Shown: positions 49,260 through 58,900 of the stretch, one piece after another
How the letters are laid out: every line of letters starts with the position of its first letter
Numbering within the stretch: the first letter of the stretch is position 1
Assembly (NCBI GenBank): GCA_963777155.1
Contig: CAVZPM010000034.1
Span: 1-64,000 of the forward strand
Source of the DNA: Candidatus Bathyarchaeota archaeon
GTDB lineage: Archaea > Thermoproteota > Bathyarchaeia > Bathyarchaeales > Bathycorpusculaceae
Direction: 5' to 3'
Length of the DNA: 64,000 bases
The notes under the pieces: generated by a model
Database searches by the model: none
Seen by the model: the letters and a program-made list of their open reading frames with translations, nothing else
Told to the model about the DNA's origin: nothing
Made by a program: the position numbers and the translations under genes

Positions 49260-50057
49260 TTATTTGATAAGCCTCCTAAACGTGGTTGGAGCGCCCCCAA
49301 ACGCCATCAAAGCTTCAACCTCCATAAAATGTAGCTCCCCCGGTATGATAAGACTGTAGGGGGGCTTACCAAAATCAAAGTTCTCCAAGTCCTTAACAAA
49401 GTCTGCTTTAAGCGTTGGATTGCTGTTTCCCGCACGAGCTATACCAACTGCAACTGTGTCGGGAGTGACAACACCAAGTTTCCTTTCTTGCTCGACCTCA
49501 ATCAGCATTCTTAGAGCTTGGTTGATAGATAAGTACTGGTTTTCATTCGCTTTCAAATCTAAAAGACAAAGGGTGTGCAAACCAATCTGTTTGTTTTGGG
49601 CAATCACTTGGTAGGGTGTTTCGGAAAAGTTCTCGGAGAAGGGTACAGTAACGGTTTTACCGAACTTGTAGTTGTGCAAACCTGAGAGACTGACGATAGC
49701 CGATATGATCGATATGCCGTGGATTATACGGGTTTTTATTCCCTGTTTTTCAGCGTCGATTCTTAATGTGACATGGGTTGTTGCTATGAAGGGATCCCCA
49801 GGAACCAAAAATACAGTTTTGCCTTTTTTTGCGGCTTCAAGGATAGTCTTGCCATTTTCATCCTCAAGCGTCTGCCTGTTGACTAAACGCACATTTTTGC
49901 CACATAGCGCCTCAAACCGTTCCAGGCTAAAGTCTGGCATGTGACTAGTGTAATTTTCCATGAAAACCGAGTCGGCGCTCTTGATTTCTTCCAAACCCTT
50001 GATGGTAATGCCTTGTTCGTCGTTTAATCCTAAACCTATGAAGACAAGTTCATTCAA
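49260..50057 (-). CDS. dph5: Diphthine synthase
   Basis: FIGLGL, ENYTS, GDPFIATTH, NYKFGKT, HTLCLLD. Confidence 0.95.
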   Translation of the reverse strand: MNELVFIGLGLNDEQGITIKGLEEIKSADSVFMENYTSHMPDFSLERFEALCGKNVRLVNRQTLEDENGKTILEAAKKGKTVFLVPGDPFIATTHVTLRIDAEKQGIKTRIIHGISIISAIVSLSGLHNYKFGKTVTVPFSENFSETPYQVIAQNKQIGLHTLCLLDLKANENQYLSINQALRMLIEVEQERKLGVVTPDTVAVGIARAGNSNPTLKADFVKDLENFDFGKPPYSLIIPGELHFMEVEALMAFGGAPTTFRRLIK

Positions 50058-50099
50058 CTGTGAAACCTTACAAAGTAATTTAGCGGTTAAAACTTAAAG

Positions 50100-50282
50100 C
50101 TATTTTTCTTTGATTTCGCCTTTGCTAATCAACTTTTCATAATAAACTCGGCAAGTCTTCATTGAAATGCCTGTGCGTTCACAAAAAAATGCTAATGTTT
50201 TCTCGACTGGTTGTTTGGGGTCTTTTTTCTGGATTGTTTCTTTGAGTTCCTCAATCATGTGTTTATCTGTTTTATCGCTCAT
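50100..50282 (-). CDS. Small hypothetical protein
   Basis: 60-aa ORF, FCERTGISM.TC. Confidence 0.6.
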   Translation of the reverse strand: MSDKTDKHMIEELKETIQKKDPKQPVEKTLAFFCERTGISMKTCRVYYEKLISKGEIKEK

Positions 50283-50442
50283 TTGCATCATCCTTGAGTT
50301 AAATTCACCTATTACCATTGTTTTGCTTTCTCAAAAACCCTTTTGCTTGAATACCGATTTGGATGGAACATCCAACCAAACATTTATATGATTTACGTTA
50401 AAAAGAAACCATACATTTAGCGGCTTAGCTGAAGGAAAAACC

Positions 50443-51574
50443 ATGAAGCCCATCGAAAGTCTAGTTCGGGACAACGTTAAGAACCTAAAGCCCTGCGTTC
50501 ACGGTGCAGAAGTTTTAGGTGCCGCAGAGGAAAGTGGGCTTTTCCCGCAGGACATTCTGGATTTTAGTTCAAGTGTGAATCCGCTGGGGCCGTCAAAGCG
50601 TGGCGCTTGATGCTGCAAAAGTTGCCTTCAGCCAAATCGCAGCTTATCCAGACTCGAATTCTAATGAACTTAGACAAGTCATCGCAAGTCACTTTGGTAT
50701 AAAAAAAGAAAATATTGTCGTGGGAAATGGCTCCACTGAATTAATGTATTTGTTTGCGGAGGTTTTCATGAGGAAGGGCGACAGGGCGGTTATGCCGGCG
50801 CCAACATTTGGCGAATACGCGAGCGCGGTTTGCAAGACTGGCGAGTCAATAAAATTTGTTAAGCTAGGAAAAGCTTTCACTATTGAGCCTGAATCGTTCA
50901 AAAGGGATATTATTGGCGCCAAACTTGTTTTCTTATGCAACCCAAACAACCCAACTAGCATGCTTATTTCACAGGAAACCCTAAAAGACATTATCGAGAC
51001 ATCGCTGGCCCAGAATACGCTTGTTTTCCTCGATGAAGACTTCTTGGAATTTGTCGAAGACGAAAAATCGCTTTCGATGATTAACAAAATCGACAAATAC
51101 CCCAACTTGTTTGTGCTGAGATCTTTTACGAAGATTTATGGCTTAACAGGTTTACGGGTTGGCTACGGGATCGCTAACCCAGAAATAATCAATTTTCTCT
51201 CTAGCGCCAAGATTCCTTGGAACGTGAACTGCATAGCACAAGCCGCTGCGGTTGCTGCACTAAAGGATGAGCGACATCTACAGGTTACGCTTGAACTTAT
51301 AAGGAAAGAGAAAGAGTGGTTGATGGGGGAATTTGGCAAATTTGGTGGATTCAAGTTTACTATGCCTGACGCCAACTTCTTTTTCATAGACGTTCGTAAG
51401 TCAGGCTTCAAGGCAGCCAAGCTAAAGAGCGAAATGCTAAAGCAGGGTATTTTGATTCGCGATTGCACCTCATTTAAGGGGCTCGATGAGTTTTATATTA
51501 GAGTTGCAGTTAAGACGCACCAGGAAAATGAGAAAATGCTTAGTGCTTTCAAGCGGATATTAGAAGCGGTTTGA
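50443..51574 (+). CDS. cobD: L-threonine-O-3-phosphate decarboxylase (CobD/HisC-like PLP enzyme); +1 frameshift ~50598
   Basis: CVHG, ILDFSSSVNPLGP (upstream frame), YPD, GNGSTE, CNPNNPT, RSFTK.YGL.GLRVGY; adjacent to cbiB. Confidence 0.85.
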
Positions 51575-51584
51575 GTCGTGACCC

Positions 51585-52556
51585 ATGTTTTGGTTTGACC
51601 TTTCTTGGTTTGTCGATTCCGCGCTTATCTTCATACTAGCTTTCCTAATTGACATCGCGTTTGGCGAATACCCTGACAAGATTCACCCTACAATCGGCAT
51701 CGGAAAGATCATAGGATACTTGAAGCGCAAAGCCAAAAACCCAAATCCAAAGGTAGAAAAAACGAACGGCGTCTTAATGGCGCTGTTCATCATGCTAGTT
51801 GTTGCACTCCCCGTTTTCGCACTGCTTTATTGGCTAAGAACTTTTCCATTCGGTGAAATCATCTACATCATCGTGGGAGCAATCCTATTCAAAGCAACCT
51901 TCGCCATAACAGGCATGGGGCAATACACCAAACCCATCGCCGAAGCGCTAAAGAAGAAAGATTTGACTGAAGCTCGACAATGGTTACCCTACATTGTTCG
52001 ACGTGACCCAAACACGCTAAACGAACGCCAAATTATTTCTGCAGCTGTCGAATCTATCGCGGAAAGCACCACAGATGGGATTACTGCGCCGTTTTTCTTT
52101 TTTGCGTTGTTTGGGGTTCCAGGTGCTTTTGTGTACCGTGTGATTAACACGTTGGATTCGATGGTAGGCTACAAGAATGCGGAATACAAGAATATTGGCT
52201 GGTTCTCCGCGAATCTTGACACAATCGCCAACTACTTCCCTGCACGTGCAACAGCTTACCTTATGGTAATAGCAGCTTTCCTGTCAAATGAGGATTGGCG
52301 GGAATCATATCGTATTCTTCAACGTGATAAGCATAAAACGGCAAGCCCAAACGCTGGCTACACAATCTCAGCTATGGCAGGTGCACTAAATATTCAACTA
52401 GAAAAACAAGGCTACTACACATTGGGCGACGATCACGGCATTTCAGCGGAGCATATTCCGAGATCTCTGCGGGTTATGACTTTGACTGCCGCATTATTTG
52501 GGCTAATTGTGGTAGTGCCTATTCTGGCACTTAGAGTTTACATTATAGGACTTTGA
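51585..52556 (+). CDS. cbiB: Adenosylcobinamide-phosphate synthase CbiB
   Basis: GEYP..IHP, AAVESIAES..DG, YRVINTLDSMVGY, SPNAG. Confidence 0.93.
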   Translation: MFWFDLSWFVDSALIFILAFLIDIAFGEYPDKIHPTIGIGKIIGYLKRKAKNPNPKVEKTNGVLMALFIMLVVALPVFALLYWLRTFPFGEIIYIIVGAILFKATFAITGMGQYTKPIAEALKKKDLTEARQWLPYIVRRDPNTLNERQIISAAVESIAESTTDGITAPFFFFALFGVPGAFVYRVINTLDSMVGYKNAEYKNIGWFSANLDTIANYFPARATAYLMVIAAFLSNEDWRESYRILQRDKHKTASPNAGYTISAMAGALNIQLEKQGYYTLGDDHGISAEHIPRSLRVMTLTAALFGLIVVVPILALRVYIIGL

Positions 52557-52699
52557 AAACAGACTTCAAGTATGTTTGGTTCTGGTGTCTTCTTTTTGTG
52601 CTGAAAACGATATAGATGGACGATCATTATCTTAAAGGGGGTGGGACCCTTTTTGCGTGATAATGTTTAAATCTCTATTGAAGACTAAAAGAGAAAATC

Positions 52700-53389
52700 A
52701 TGAGTAAGTCAAGCGGCAGTATAACTAAACAAGCAGTTGTCGGCTTAATCGCGCTTGCTGTCGTTATGTGGCTTGCATTATTTTTGCCTTCATGGACACT
52801 TAGTTATTGGCAGGGCTGGCTCTATTGGGTAGTCTTCACCGCAAGTATCTCTGTAATTTCAGCGTATTTCCTTAAAAAAGACCTAACACTGATTGCCAAC
52901 CGATTAAAAGCAGGACCCATGGCAGAAAAAGAGAAAAGCCAACAGATCACCCAGGCGTTTTTAGCGGTCTTTTTCATTCTGCTGCTTCTTTTTCCGCCAC
53001 TTGATTTTCACTTCCATTGGTCAAACGTCCCCTTGTTGGTGGTTTTAGTTGCAGATGTTTTTGTTGTGCTTGGGTTAGCAGTGGTTTTTCTTGTTTTTAG
53101 AGAAAACAGTTTCACATCAGCAGTAATCGAAGTCAACACTGGACAAAACGTAATTTCAACCGGTCCCTACAGAGTTGTTCGCCATCCAATGTACACAGGC
53201 GCTCTGCTAATGCTATTCTTTACTCCCTTGGCGTTAGGTTCATTCTTAGGACTGCTCTTTTTCTTTCCAATACTCGTAGTAATCGTTTTTAGGATAGTGA
53301 AAGAAGAAAAATTTCTGACAAAAAACCTTTCAGGTTATCGGGAATACACCAAAAAGACCCATTACCGCCTAATACCTTTTATCTGGTAA
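52700..53389 (+). CDS. ICMT-family membrane methyltransferase
   Basis: RENSF, VISTGPYRVVRHPMY, EEKFL, YRLIPFIW. Confidence 0.88.
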   Translation: MSKSSGSITKQAVVGLIALAVVMWLALFLPSWTLSYWQGWLYWVVFTASISVISAYFLKKDLTLIANRLKAGPMAEKEKSQQITQAFLAVFFILLLLFPPLDFHFHWSNVPLLVVLVADVFVVLGLAVVFLVFRENSFTSAVIEVNTGQNVISTGPYRVVRHPMYTGALLMLFFTPLALGSFLGLLFFFPILVVIVFRIVKEEKFLTKNLSGYREYTKKTHYRLIPFIW

Positions 53390-53459
53390 AACCAGCTTGA
53401 TTGTATGGTTTTTATTTGGGCTTGGCATCAATTATAAGCACACAGAGAGGAACGTTGGT

Positions 53460-54635
53460 TTGAACGGGAAACCGCTTGTCAGTATTATCAGCGCGGGCAT
53501 GTCCAAATTCGGAAAACACGAAGGCTTGCTTGCAAGGGAAATCTTCGGTGAAGCCGCCAGTGAAGCGTTTAGCCGCTGTCCCAAACTGAACCCAAAACGG
53601 GACATAAAAGCAATGTTTATTGGACATATGGGTGAAGCTTATGAACATCAAGGACACACTGGAAGCACCCTTGCCGATTGGACAGGACTTACCGGTATCC
53701 CGGCTACGCGAACAGAGGCGGCTTGCGCTTCTTCAGGGGCTGCTTTACGGGTGGGTATTTATGCAACAATGTCCGGGTTAGCCGATGTGGTTTTAGTCGG
53801 AGGCGTCGAGAAGATGACTCATCGTACAACCGCTGAAGTCACAGAATACTTGGCCATGGCATCTGACTACCCTTTTGAACAGTTCCATGGCATCACTTTT
53901 CCTGGGCTGTTCGCGTTGATGGCAACGGCTCATATGAATACTTATGGCACCACTGAACAACAAATTGCTTTGGCGGCAGTAAAGAACCATTACCATGGAA
54001 GCCTCAATCCAAAAGCACACATGCAAAAGGAAATTACCCTTGAAACGGTAATGGCTTCCCGCTATGTTGCTTGGCCTCTAAAACTCTATGACTGTTCGCT
54101 GATAACCGATGGTGCAAGTTGTATAATCTTGACTAAACCTGAGCTCGCAAGCAAATACACCGACCAACCGGTTCACATCGTTGGCAGCGGACAAACCAGC
54201 GACACTATCGGGTTATACGAACGTAAGAGCTTTACATCTCTAAACGCCACAAAACTGGCGGCAAAAACAGCTTACGAAATGGCGCAAATTACCCCCAAAC
54301 AGGTAAACTTTGCTGAAGTTCATGATTGTTTCACTTTCGCCGAACTTATGGCATATGAGGACCTTAACTTTTGCAAGCCTGGTGAAAGCGGAAAACTTAT
54401 CGAAAGCGGTGAGACAAGGCTTGGTGGAGAAATCCCGATCAACACAAGCGGCGGATTGAAGGCTAAAGGGCATCCAGTTGGGGCAACGGGAACCGCTCAA
54501 GCATACGAAATGTATTTACAACTCACTGGGCAAGCTGGTAAACGGCAGGTAAAGGACGCCAAAGTAGGTTTAACCCATAATGTGGGTGGTTCAGGCGCAA
54601 CCGCAGCCGTTCACATTTTCAGGAGTGCACAATAA
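53460..54635 (+). CDS. Archaeal thiolase (acetyl-CoA acetyltransferase type)
   Basis: EAACASS, GGVEKM, AEVHDCF, NTSGGLKAKGHPVGATG, HNVGG. Confidence 0.92.
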   Translation: MNGKPLVSIISAGMSKFGKHEGLLAREIFGEAASEAFSRCPKLNPKRDIKAMFIGHMGEAYEHQGHTGSTLADWTGLTGIPATRTEAACASSGAALRVGIYATMSGLADVVLVGGVEKMTHRTTAEVTEYLAMASDYPFEQFHGITFPGLFALMATAHMNTYGTTEQQIALAAVKNHYHGSLNPKAHMQKEITLETVMASRYVAWPLKLYDCSLITDGASCIILTKPELASKYTDQPVHIVGSGQTSDTIGLYERKSFTSLNATKLAAKTAYEMAQITPKQVNFAEVHDCFTFAELMAYEDLNFCKPGESGKLIESGETRLGGEIPINTSGGLKAKGHPVGATGTAQAYEMYLQLTGQAGKRQVKDAKVGLTHNVGGSGATAAVHIFRSAQ

Positions 54636-55033
54636 TGAGTACACAGTTACCGTTCACCATCGAGCAGTTTTACAAGTTTTTGAACCAACAAAAGCTCATG
54701 GCTGGAAAATGCCTAAAATGTGGAAAAATCCACTTGCCACCTCGACCCTTATGTGACAATTGTTTCTCCAGAGACTTTGAGTGGGTTAATGTTTCAGGTA
54801 AGGGTAAACTGCTTACCTATACAGTTATCCACATTGCTCCTGCCCAGTTTCAAGCGTTGACACCCTATGCTGTTGGTATCGTGCAATTCGAAAATGGCCT
54901 TAAAATCCCAGGTATGATACAAAGCGTAAAACAAGAGCAGATAAAAATTGGCATGGAGTTAACTTTGGATTTCGGTACATGCAACACAACACAACAGTGG
55001 CCCCGGTGGCAAAGATACTGCTTCAAACCCTAA
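54635..55033 (+). CDS. DUF35 Zn-ribbon/OB-fold thiolase partner
   Basis: CLKCG..HLPPRPLCDNC, GKGKLLTYT, PYAVG. Confidence 0.9.
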   Translation: MSTQLPFTIEQFYKFLNQQKLMAGKCLKCGKIHLPPRPLCDNCFSRDFEWVNVSGKGKLLTYTVIHIAPAQFQALTPYAVGIVQFENGLKIPGMIQSVKQEQIKIGMELTLDFGTCNTTQQWPRWQRYCFKP

Positions 55034-55211
55034 CAAAAAAACCAGACGGTTTCCGCCACGATTGGAAAAGAGTCTTTTAATTTTTTGGAAGCAAGGGTGA
55101 ACAAATTCAAATCGCGTTGAGTGATACTCACTACCAACTTCATGCTTGCTTTGCATATTTTATGCATTTTGGTAAACAAAAGATCATGTTAGTATTTGTC
55201 ACAAAGACTTA

Positions 55212-55874
55212 TTGGTTATCAGACAACTAATTTTAAAGGAGCAGCTGAAGAATTTGAATGAAAAACCTAAGGTCTGTCTAGTTTCCTGTAGTGTCCTCAG
55301 AGACGAACTTGAACATCTAGTTAAGCAAGGCAAACTTGATGCAGAATTGGTTTTTGTAAGCAAATTCTTCCACATTGACTATGTGATGCTGGAGAACAAT
55401 CTGCGTAAAGTTCTAGAGCAAACCATAAAAAGATTCGAGGGCAAGGTGGTGCTGGTTTACGGCGACTTGTGCCTCGGGCAAGATAACGAGATGAAAAAAC
55501 TCGCCCTTGATTATGGCATAGTGAAAGTTGACGCTGTAAACTGTATCGATTGCCAATTGGGCGGCAAAGGCAAATTTTTCGAAGTCGACCCTGAACACAA
55601 CTTGATGTTTATGGGTCCAGGTATGATAGGCTTTTTCAAGCATGCGAAAGAACAAATGTTAAAAGAAGGTGTTGACGAGACAGCGTTTGCTGGCATGTTC
55701 AATGGCATCAAAGGCGCAGTAATCTTGGATACCTGCGGTAACGCGGAAAAATGTCGAGAAGACATGCAGAATTCAGGGATGAATCTGAAGATTCTTGAAG
55801 TAAGAAAAATCGGCTTAGAGAATGTTCAGCAGGTAATCTCGGATGCAATTGACAAAGCCTGCAGAATCACATGA
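55212..55874 (+). CDS. DUF1638-family protein
   Basis: LVSCSVL..E, LVYGDLC, NCIDCQLGG. Confidence 0.75.
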   Translation: MVIRQLILKEQLKNLNEKPKVCLVSCSVLRDELEHLVKQGKLDAELVFVSKFFHIDYVMLENNLRKVLEQTIKRFEGKVVLVYGDLCLGQDNEMKKLALDYGIVKVDAVNCIDCQLGGKGKFFEVDPEHNLMFMGPGMIGFFKHAKEQMLKEGVDETAFAGMFNGIKGAVILDTCGNAEKCREDMQNSGMNLKILEVRKIGLENVQQVISDAIDKACRIT

Positions 55875-55991
55875 TGCTTTTAACCATGGAAATCTGGCCA
55901 TACTGTTTGTTTGAGCCCCTGTAAAAATACCGTAAGTATTAAAGAACCTTCCATACAATAGTGCTAAACTATCTCTTGCAGGTGCCTTTAC

Positions 55992-58900
55992 ATGACTGAA
56001 ACTACTCCCTCCTCGCCAATGAAACGTGTTGAAGATTGGAAATCCAGACTAATTGACCTTTCAAGAAGGAACAACCTGCTCTACTTCCATAAGGGTAAAC
56101 GCGGAAACCTTCCAATCACCCAACCCGACCAACAAAAAATCTTCGATTTACTCGTCATAAAGAAGAATCATTTGGAGTTTTTCACTCCACCCGAAGAAAC
56201 CAAAGCAGAAAAAGATGAAAAACCAAATGCCAATCCCAAGAGGAAAGATAAACCTACCCCTAAAACGTCAAAACCTGAAGTCAAAACAGCCCAAATTGAA
56301 GAACCTAAACACCCAACAGCAAACCAATTGGTCAGTGACAACCTAAGTCGCGTAGACCTTGATCGTACCCTCAAGAATCTGGAGAGACGCTCACTGCTCG
56401 ACTACATGGAACGTGGTGTGCGAATTTTACATGCGGCTTTTGGGACACTGAATTGGGTAGATCCTGAAACTAAAGAAAACGTTCAGTCCCCACTGATTCT
56501 TGTGCCCTTAGAGCTGTCCAAAGAAACTTTTAGGCAACCTTACAACATTTCTGTGCCACCCGTTGAAGATGAAGCCGTCCTCAACCCTGCATTGCAGGCG
56601 AAATTCAAGAATGACTATAAAATTGAGTTGCCTCCAATGCCTGAAGAGTGGGAGAAACAAAAATTGACTGATTACTTCAAAATGGTTGAGACAGCTGTGG
56701 CAGAGATGGGCTGGAAAACTGAACCGTCGGTTGATTTGGGACTGTTTTCTTTTCAGAAGCTAGTGATTTACAAGGATTTGGAATCCAACGCGCCACTAGT
56801 TATCCAGCATCCAATTATCAAAGCAATTTCAGGAATCAAAGAAGACAACTTAATTCTAAGTGGATTGCCTGACGAGAAAGACGTTGACAAGATTGAAGCA
56901 CCAGCAAAAACCTACCAAGTCCTAGACGCCGACAGTAGCCAACGCGTCTCCATCGAATACGCCCTACGCGGACAAAGCTTCGTCATGAAGGGACCACCAG
57001 GAACAGGCAAAAGTCAGACTATTGCTAACATCATTGCGGAATGCATCGCTCACGGCAAAAGCGTGCTCTTCGTCAGTGAAAAAATGGCGGCGTTGGAGGT
57101 TGTTTACAAGCGGCTAAGCGAAGTTGGTTTAGCTCATTTCTGCCTTGAACTTCACAGCAGCAAAGCCAACAAACAACAGGTCGTGGCAGAACTCAAACGC
57201 AGCCTCGATGAAAACCTAGTCCCACGCAAACTGCCCTCGGCCCATGAGTTTGAGCAGATAGCAGAATATCGCGAAGCATTAAATGGCTACGTTACGGTAC
57301 TCCATGAGAAACGTCCATATTTGCAGAGAAGCGTCTACGAAGTCCTCAGTATAATCTCCAGCCTTGAACGGACTCCGTTTGTACCGGTCGGCTTAACTGA
57401 ACTGGGAACGTTAACTCCGCAGAAGATGAGCGAACTCGAAGACCTCGTTTCGCAGCTAAGTAAAGTTTGGCAGGTTGTCGAAGAACCAGATTTTCCGTGG
57501 TTGGGTTACCGTGCTGACAAATACAACCTTGAAATCCGGAGTGAACTCCTCACAACTCTTGAGGGCATAAACGAAACTCTCCAAGGGCTTCTGCTTGAAG
57601 CGGAAGACTTCTCGGCGCGCCTCGGTGTTTTCCCCCCAGATACCTTTGAACGCATACAATGGCTCCTCGATGTTAGCAAGTTTCTCTCAGAGAGCCTCCA
57701 ACCCGAAGCATACTGGTTAACTCACTCGAACCTTGATGAGCTCGTAAATGAAGCTAAAAATTATCTTGAAACCAGCATTTGGATAAAGAACACACGAGCA
57801 AACCTTCTGGAACGTTATCAGTCCAGTTTGTTCACTCTTGCTCTAAATAGGTCAGCAGAGATACAGCTGGTAGTCGAAGCCATAGGAAAGATGCTTCCAG
57901 CTGTTAACGTGGATACAGGGAACCTATTGACAAAATGTGAAAAATTATTATCTTACCTTAGAAGCACCCAATTAGCCGCCCGTAAATGGCGTGAAACCTC
58001 ACAAGCCCTTGCACAGCTCCTTGGATTGGATGCGGTCGACTTGACGGTCACACAATTAAAGCAGCTCTCCAGGATGGCGATGCTGTGCTTTGCCGACGAT
58101 AAGCCCGAGCCACAGTGGTTTGACTCAAAATACCTCGAGCAAGTCCAGGAAACGGTCGCCAAAGCCAAACAGCTCTACCAAGAACACAACCTCCTAAAGA
58201 GTCGTCTCGAGCAGATATATTCTGATGGGATCTACGAGTTAGACCTCGATGGTCTCATAGAACGCTACGGCGGAGAATACCAAAGCAGCTTAAGACTCTT
58301 CAACTCAACCTACCGCAACGACCAAAAAAGAATTGCCCATGTAACCAACGACGGAAAAGTTCCCAAAGAAATCCTAAATGATCTCATCGATGCAAGAAAA
58401 GTAAAAAGACTCCATGATAAAATCGAAAAAGAAGCCGAAACTTTCCGCGTTCTAATGGGGCACTTCTACAACAGGACGCGAACAGATTACCAGGGTGCAG
58501 AAAAAGCTATAGCGCTAACAGACGAGATCAAAAAGCTATCATGGGCAACCCAAATCCCAGAAAAACTGATCTCGTTACTAACGAATTCTTCGAACCCTTC
58601 ACCTATGATTAAGAATTTGAGTTTGGAACTGCAGGAATCAGTGGACAAATGGGAGCAACAGGGTAAAGATTTAGAATCGCTTATTCCAGTGAGCTTGCCA
58701 AAATCTGACGCATCCATTAACTGGACGTTGCTTTCGCTGCTTGAGGAATGGGCAAGCGAAACAGAGAAACAACTAAACGCACTCTGCACGATCACTAAAG
58801 ATACCTTAGCAACTAGCAAACAGGAACCACAAAACTACAAACAACTTATCGAAGATCTTAAAAACGCAGAAGAAATCCGAAAAAAAGAAACCCAAATTGT

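Noticed and set aside
52626-52666. Imperfect hairpin CATTATC..AAAGGG/CCCTTT..GATAATG
   Set aside because: Short interrupted stems upstream of a TATA box; insufficient evidence for function
29455-55162. Identical 14-mer CTTTGCATATTTTA upstream of cbiM and DUF1638
   Set aside because: AT-rich match lying in the spacer rather than the half-sites; compatible with chance
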